Origin: Malacoraja senta
Taxonomy: Eukaryota
Length of the DNA: 64,000 nt
Direction: 5' to 3'
Assembly (NCBI GenBank): GCA_038087875.1
Contig: CM075977.1
Span: 47,430,001 to 47,494,000 of the forward strand
Part shown: in pieces, positions 60,916-64,000 of the stretch
How positions within the stretch are numbered: the first letter of the stretch is position 1
How the letters are laid out: each line of letters starts with the position of its first letter
The notes under the pieces: generated by a model
Databases searched by the model: none
What the model was told of the DNA's origin: nothing
Seen by the model: the letters and a program-made list of their open reading frames with translations, nothing else
Translations under genes and position numbers: made by a program

Positions 60916-62119
60916 TTAGTATGAGGAATCTACACTCAATCACCAGCAAAGAGAAAGCACGTGGCATCAACTGTGTTAATAATTATCACTTGCTAATTCT
61001 TTATCAAGCTTTCTCCTGTACTCCTCAGCAGCTGATCATTTCACAGCCTTGATCCAAACATGGCAAAAGAACTGCATTCCAGAGGGAATTCTGCTGAGAG
61101 TGAATGGCCTTGGAATTAAAGGGGAATTTGACAGACTGCAGTTTGAAGGAACCCTCGTCAGCCTAAAGTAATTGAAAAATAGAAGGAAAACATTTTGCTG
61201 GGTGGAGCCTACACAGTACAGAAAAGAATGCAAATGGGATTAGACTGCACAATTGTGAGACATCATTTGAGCAACATTGATTATATTCTGTAGATCTGAG
61301 GTCCACATTCTTTCTTCTAATGTACTTGTTCAACAACAAATCTCTGTCCAAGAACATTGCAGTAGAAATTCCTCAACAGCAAATATCTTTAGTTGCTTCA
61401 TCAGTGACCTTTCTCCCAATTTAAACTCAGAAATGGAGAGGGGTATAGGGGTTGAGTGTGTAGGGGTCTTAGATTAGTCATACAATACAGAAACAGGCCA
61501 TGTACCGCAACTTGACCATGGTAACAAAGATGCCTCATCTAGTAGCAGGGAGTGGTGGATCGTATTATTTCCATTTTGAAATCTTCAGAAAATGGAACAG
61601 TAACACACAAATACCTTCGTTAAGGCATAGGCTAGCGAGTTCCAAGTAATATTTAATCTGCAGAACTGCCAGACCAATAGTTTTCTTCCCTAACAATTCA
61701 ACCATGTCCAGTTAGCTTTCAAGGGCATTGCAGTCACCATCTCCCACCGTCAGCATTCCAGATTCTCCACATGACTAAAAAGCTCAGGTGGTCAAGATGC
61801 ATAAACACCATGACTACAGGGGCAAATTAGAGGCTGCTTACCTGCATCTGCAGTCCCTTCCTACATGTTTTGTCTGCATAGACCGTGCTCATTGATTCAT
61901 CCGATTCCTAAAGCCACCTTACTATCCAAAAATAACATCTTAAAAGTGGAATGGAGTACTCCACACTTGCTTAGATGACACAGCACTAACAATTATTTAA
62001 AAAGCTCAACAAAATTAAAGCAACTGTATGATAGATTTGCCTCAAACAGTTTCTTACTCTGGCATTGGCATTCTCTAGGTGCACTCTACCTTCTGCAAAA
62101 TACATTGTAATTCAGTATC

Positions 62120-62467
62120 ATCCCTATCACTCCCTTTTCCCTCTCCCATCAGACAAGAGGTACAGCGGTATGAAAATGCACAAATCCAGATTCAAGGATC
62201 GTTTTTTCCCCAGCTGTTTATCAACCATTATATTAATAACTGGAGGGTGGTTCTGAGTTACTATCTACCTCATTGGAAATCCTCGGATTGTCTCTAATCG
62301 GACCTTACTGGATTTTATCTTGCCCTTAAATGTTATTCCCGTTATTGTGTATCTGTACACTGTAGATGGTATGATTGTAACCATGTATTGCCTGTTTGCT
62401 GACTGATTAGCACGCAACAAAAGCTTTTCACAGTACCTCGGTACATGCAACAATAAATAAACTAAAT
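62120..62467 (+). mobile_element. Rex/Babar-like LINE 3' fragment
   Basis: HSLFPLPSDKRY..SRFKDRFFP ORF end; cagtacctcggtacatgcaacaataaa tail. Confidence 0.65.
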
Positions 62468-62982
62468 AAAAAAATCACCAAAGCTTGATTATGAATATCT
62501 CCCAAACTGCATCAGCTACCATCTGGAAGGGTAACAAGTGCAGGTGAACATCACACCAGCAAGTTAATTCTAAAAGACACATCATCCTGGCTTAGATAGG
62601 TATCACCAAATCCTCATCCTCATTGGTCAAAATTTTGAAATTCCTTATTCAAAGGCACTCTGGGAGGACCCCTTACTCAAAGATTGCAACTGCATAAATA
62701 AATGTTTTAGAACTTTCAAAGGCTATTGGGATAATAAATGCCTACATTGCCTGCCAATATCCATGTACCAAAATACATCATATGTATAACTTAAAGTCAT
62801 GTTAACTGAAAGTGGAGGAAAAAAGCAATTGCAAACTTATTCAGAGAATCTTTATGATATGCTGTTTCAAATCCATTTACTAATGGCATTGTGAAAGTAC
62901 CCACACTTCAAGGATTACAACGGATCTCAAGAAGGCAGTTCACCACACCTTCTCAAGGGAAATTAAGAATGGGAAATCAGTT

Positions 62983-63290
62983 GTTTAGTTTAGTTTAGAG
63001 ATAGAGCGTGGAAACGGGCCATTCAGCCCACCGAGTCCATGCCGACCAGCAATCCCTGTACATTAGCACTATCCTACATACTCTAGAGACAATTTACAAA
63101 TTTAACAAGCCAATTAGCCTACAAACCTGTACGTCTTTGGAATGTGGGAGGAAACCGGAGCTCCCGAAGAAAAACCCACGCAGGTCTCGGAGAAGGTACA
63201 AATGGCATACAGACTGCACCTGTAGTCAGGATCGAACCCGGGTCTCTGGCTCTGTAATGCAGCAACTCTACCACTGCACCACCACGCTGC
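62983..63290 (-). mobile_element. HE1-like V-SINE
   Basis: (TAAAC)n tail, V-domain and head with B-box-like ggttcgatcc. Confidence 0.85.
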
Positions 63291-64000
63291 TCTAAATGGT
63301 GGATCAGCCTGGGAACCCCACGCCCCTTGAATGAATAACCAGAAAACACATTTGTTGGTCTGAAGACACATGTAGGATAGACTACCATGTTCGGCACAAA
63401 CATTGTGGGCTGCAGGGCCTGTTCTTGTGCTGTACTCTTCTTCGTTCTATAACTCGAGCTGATGGCTGAACAACGTAAGCATTCAGCCACAAGAGGGATC
63501 TAAAATAGTTATACCTATTTTGAAATTAATATTTAATCAGAATTTGGCAGTTGTTGATTATAGCTCTGTAACTCCATTATGCCTAACTAGTTTAATATAG
63601 AGCTGGAAGTTGTCAATGTCAAACCAACAACTGCATTGTCATGGCATAGATAACATGGATTTTGATGGAGAAAACAATTTTGTACATTGTTACATTAAAG
63701 GTTATCAAAAAAATTTAAAGACCTTAAAATTGCATTATGCATTATCAATCTGCAGATATTTAACATTTGTATATGAAATTATGTTATCTGCCAGTATTAA
63801 TAAAGTAGGTTTGTTCTTACTTTAAAATAGCAAAGGAAACCCAAATATTCATGTAAAGCATTCAAGCACAATATTATGCTAATTTCAAGACCTACAAGAT
63901 CATAAACATTTATTTTGCCCAATTTTGGGAGTTCACAATAGCAGTCAAAAGGAACCACCTCTGACATATTTTATCTTTAGGATGTATGCAATGACATACC

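Overview
Vertebrate genomic DNA, most likely a skate or ray. This is an inference from the HE1/V-type tRNA-derived SINEs, HER1/CR1 LINEs, Deu-domain SINEs and Penelope families. The only host gene I can support is ADGRB1 (BAI1) on the minus strand. Its first coding exon is about 35835-36886, there is a probable non-coding exon ending at 40639, and both sit in a roughly 10-kb CpG-retaining, transposon-poor domain. Positions 1-35834 are one long intron; no TSR1 exon was found. The rest is transposon landscape. (1) A structurally complete but degenerate 5.1-kb DIRS1-type tyrosine-recombinase retrotransposon (gag, RT, RNase H, Dam-like methyltransferase, YR; split inverted termini plus ICR). Its ATT crossover can be read at both junctions and in the ICR. 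It lies inside an L1 that also holds a CR1, and that L1 lies inside a non-autonomous retroposon. (2) Penelope-derived inserts of about 90-140 bp carrying a minimal hammerhead ribozyme motif, with 5' ends clustering at the ribozyme core. (3) Two related non-autonomous Helitrons, one carrying a 30-bp minisatellite and G-rich repeats. (4) A modular non-autonomous retroposon family with a VNTR core, a conserved hairpin and different LINE-type tails. (5) A TAG..CTA DNA transposon with an ambiguous 7/8-bp TSD. (6) KGD in place of the mammalian BAI1 RGD motif. I found no wholly new system I can prove; the element classes are known. The individual families and several structural details may be undescribed. 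All coordinates were read by eye; repeat boundaries without a stated TSD are approximate.
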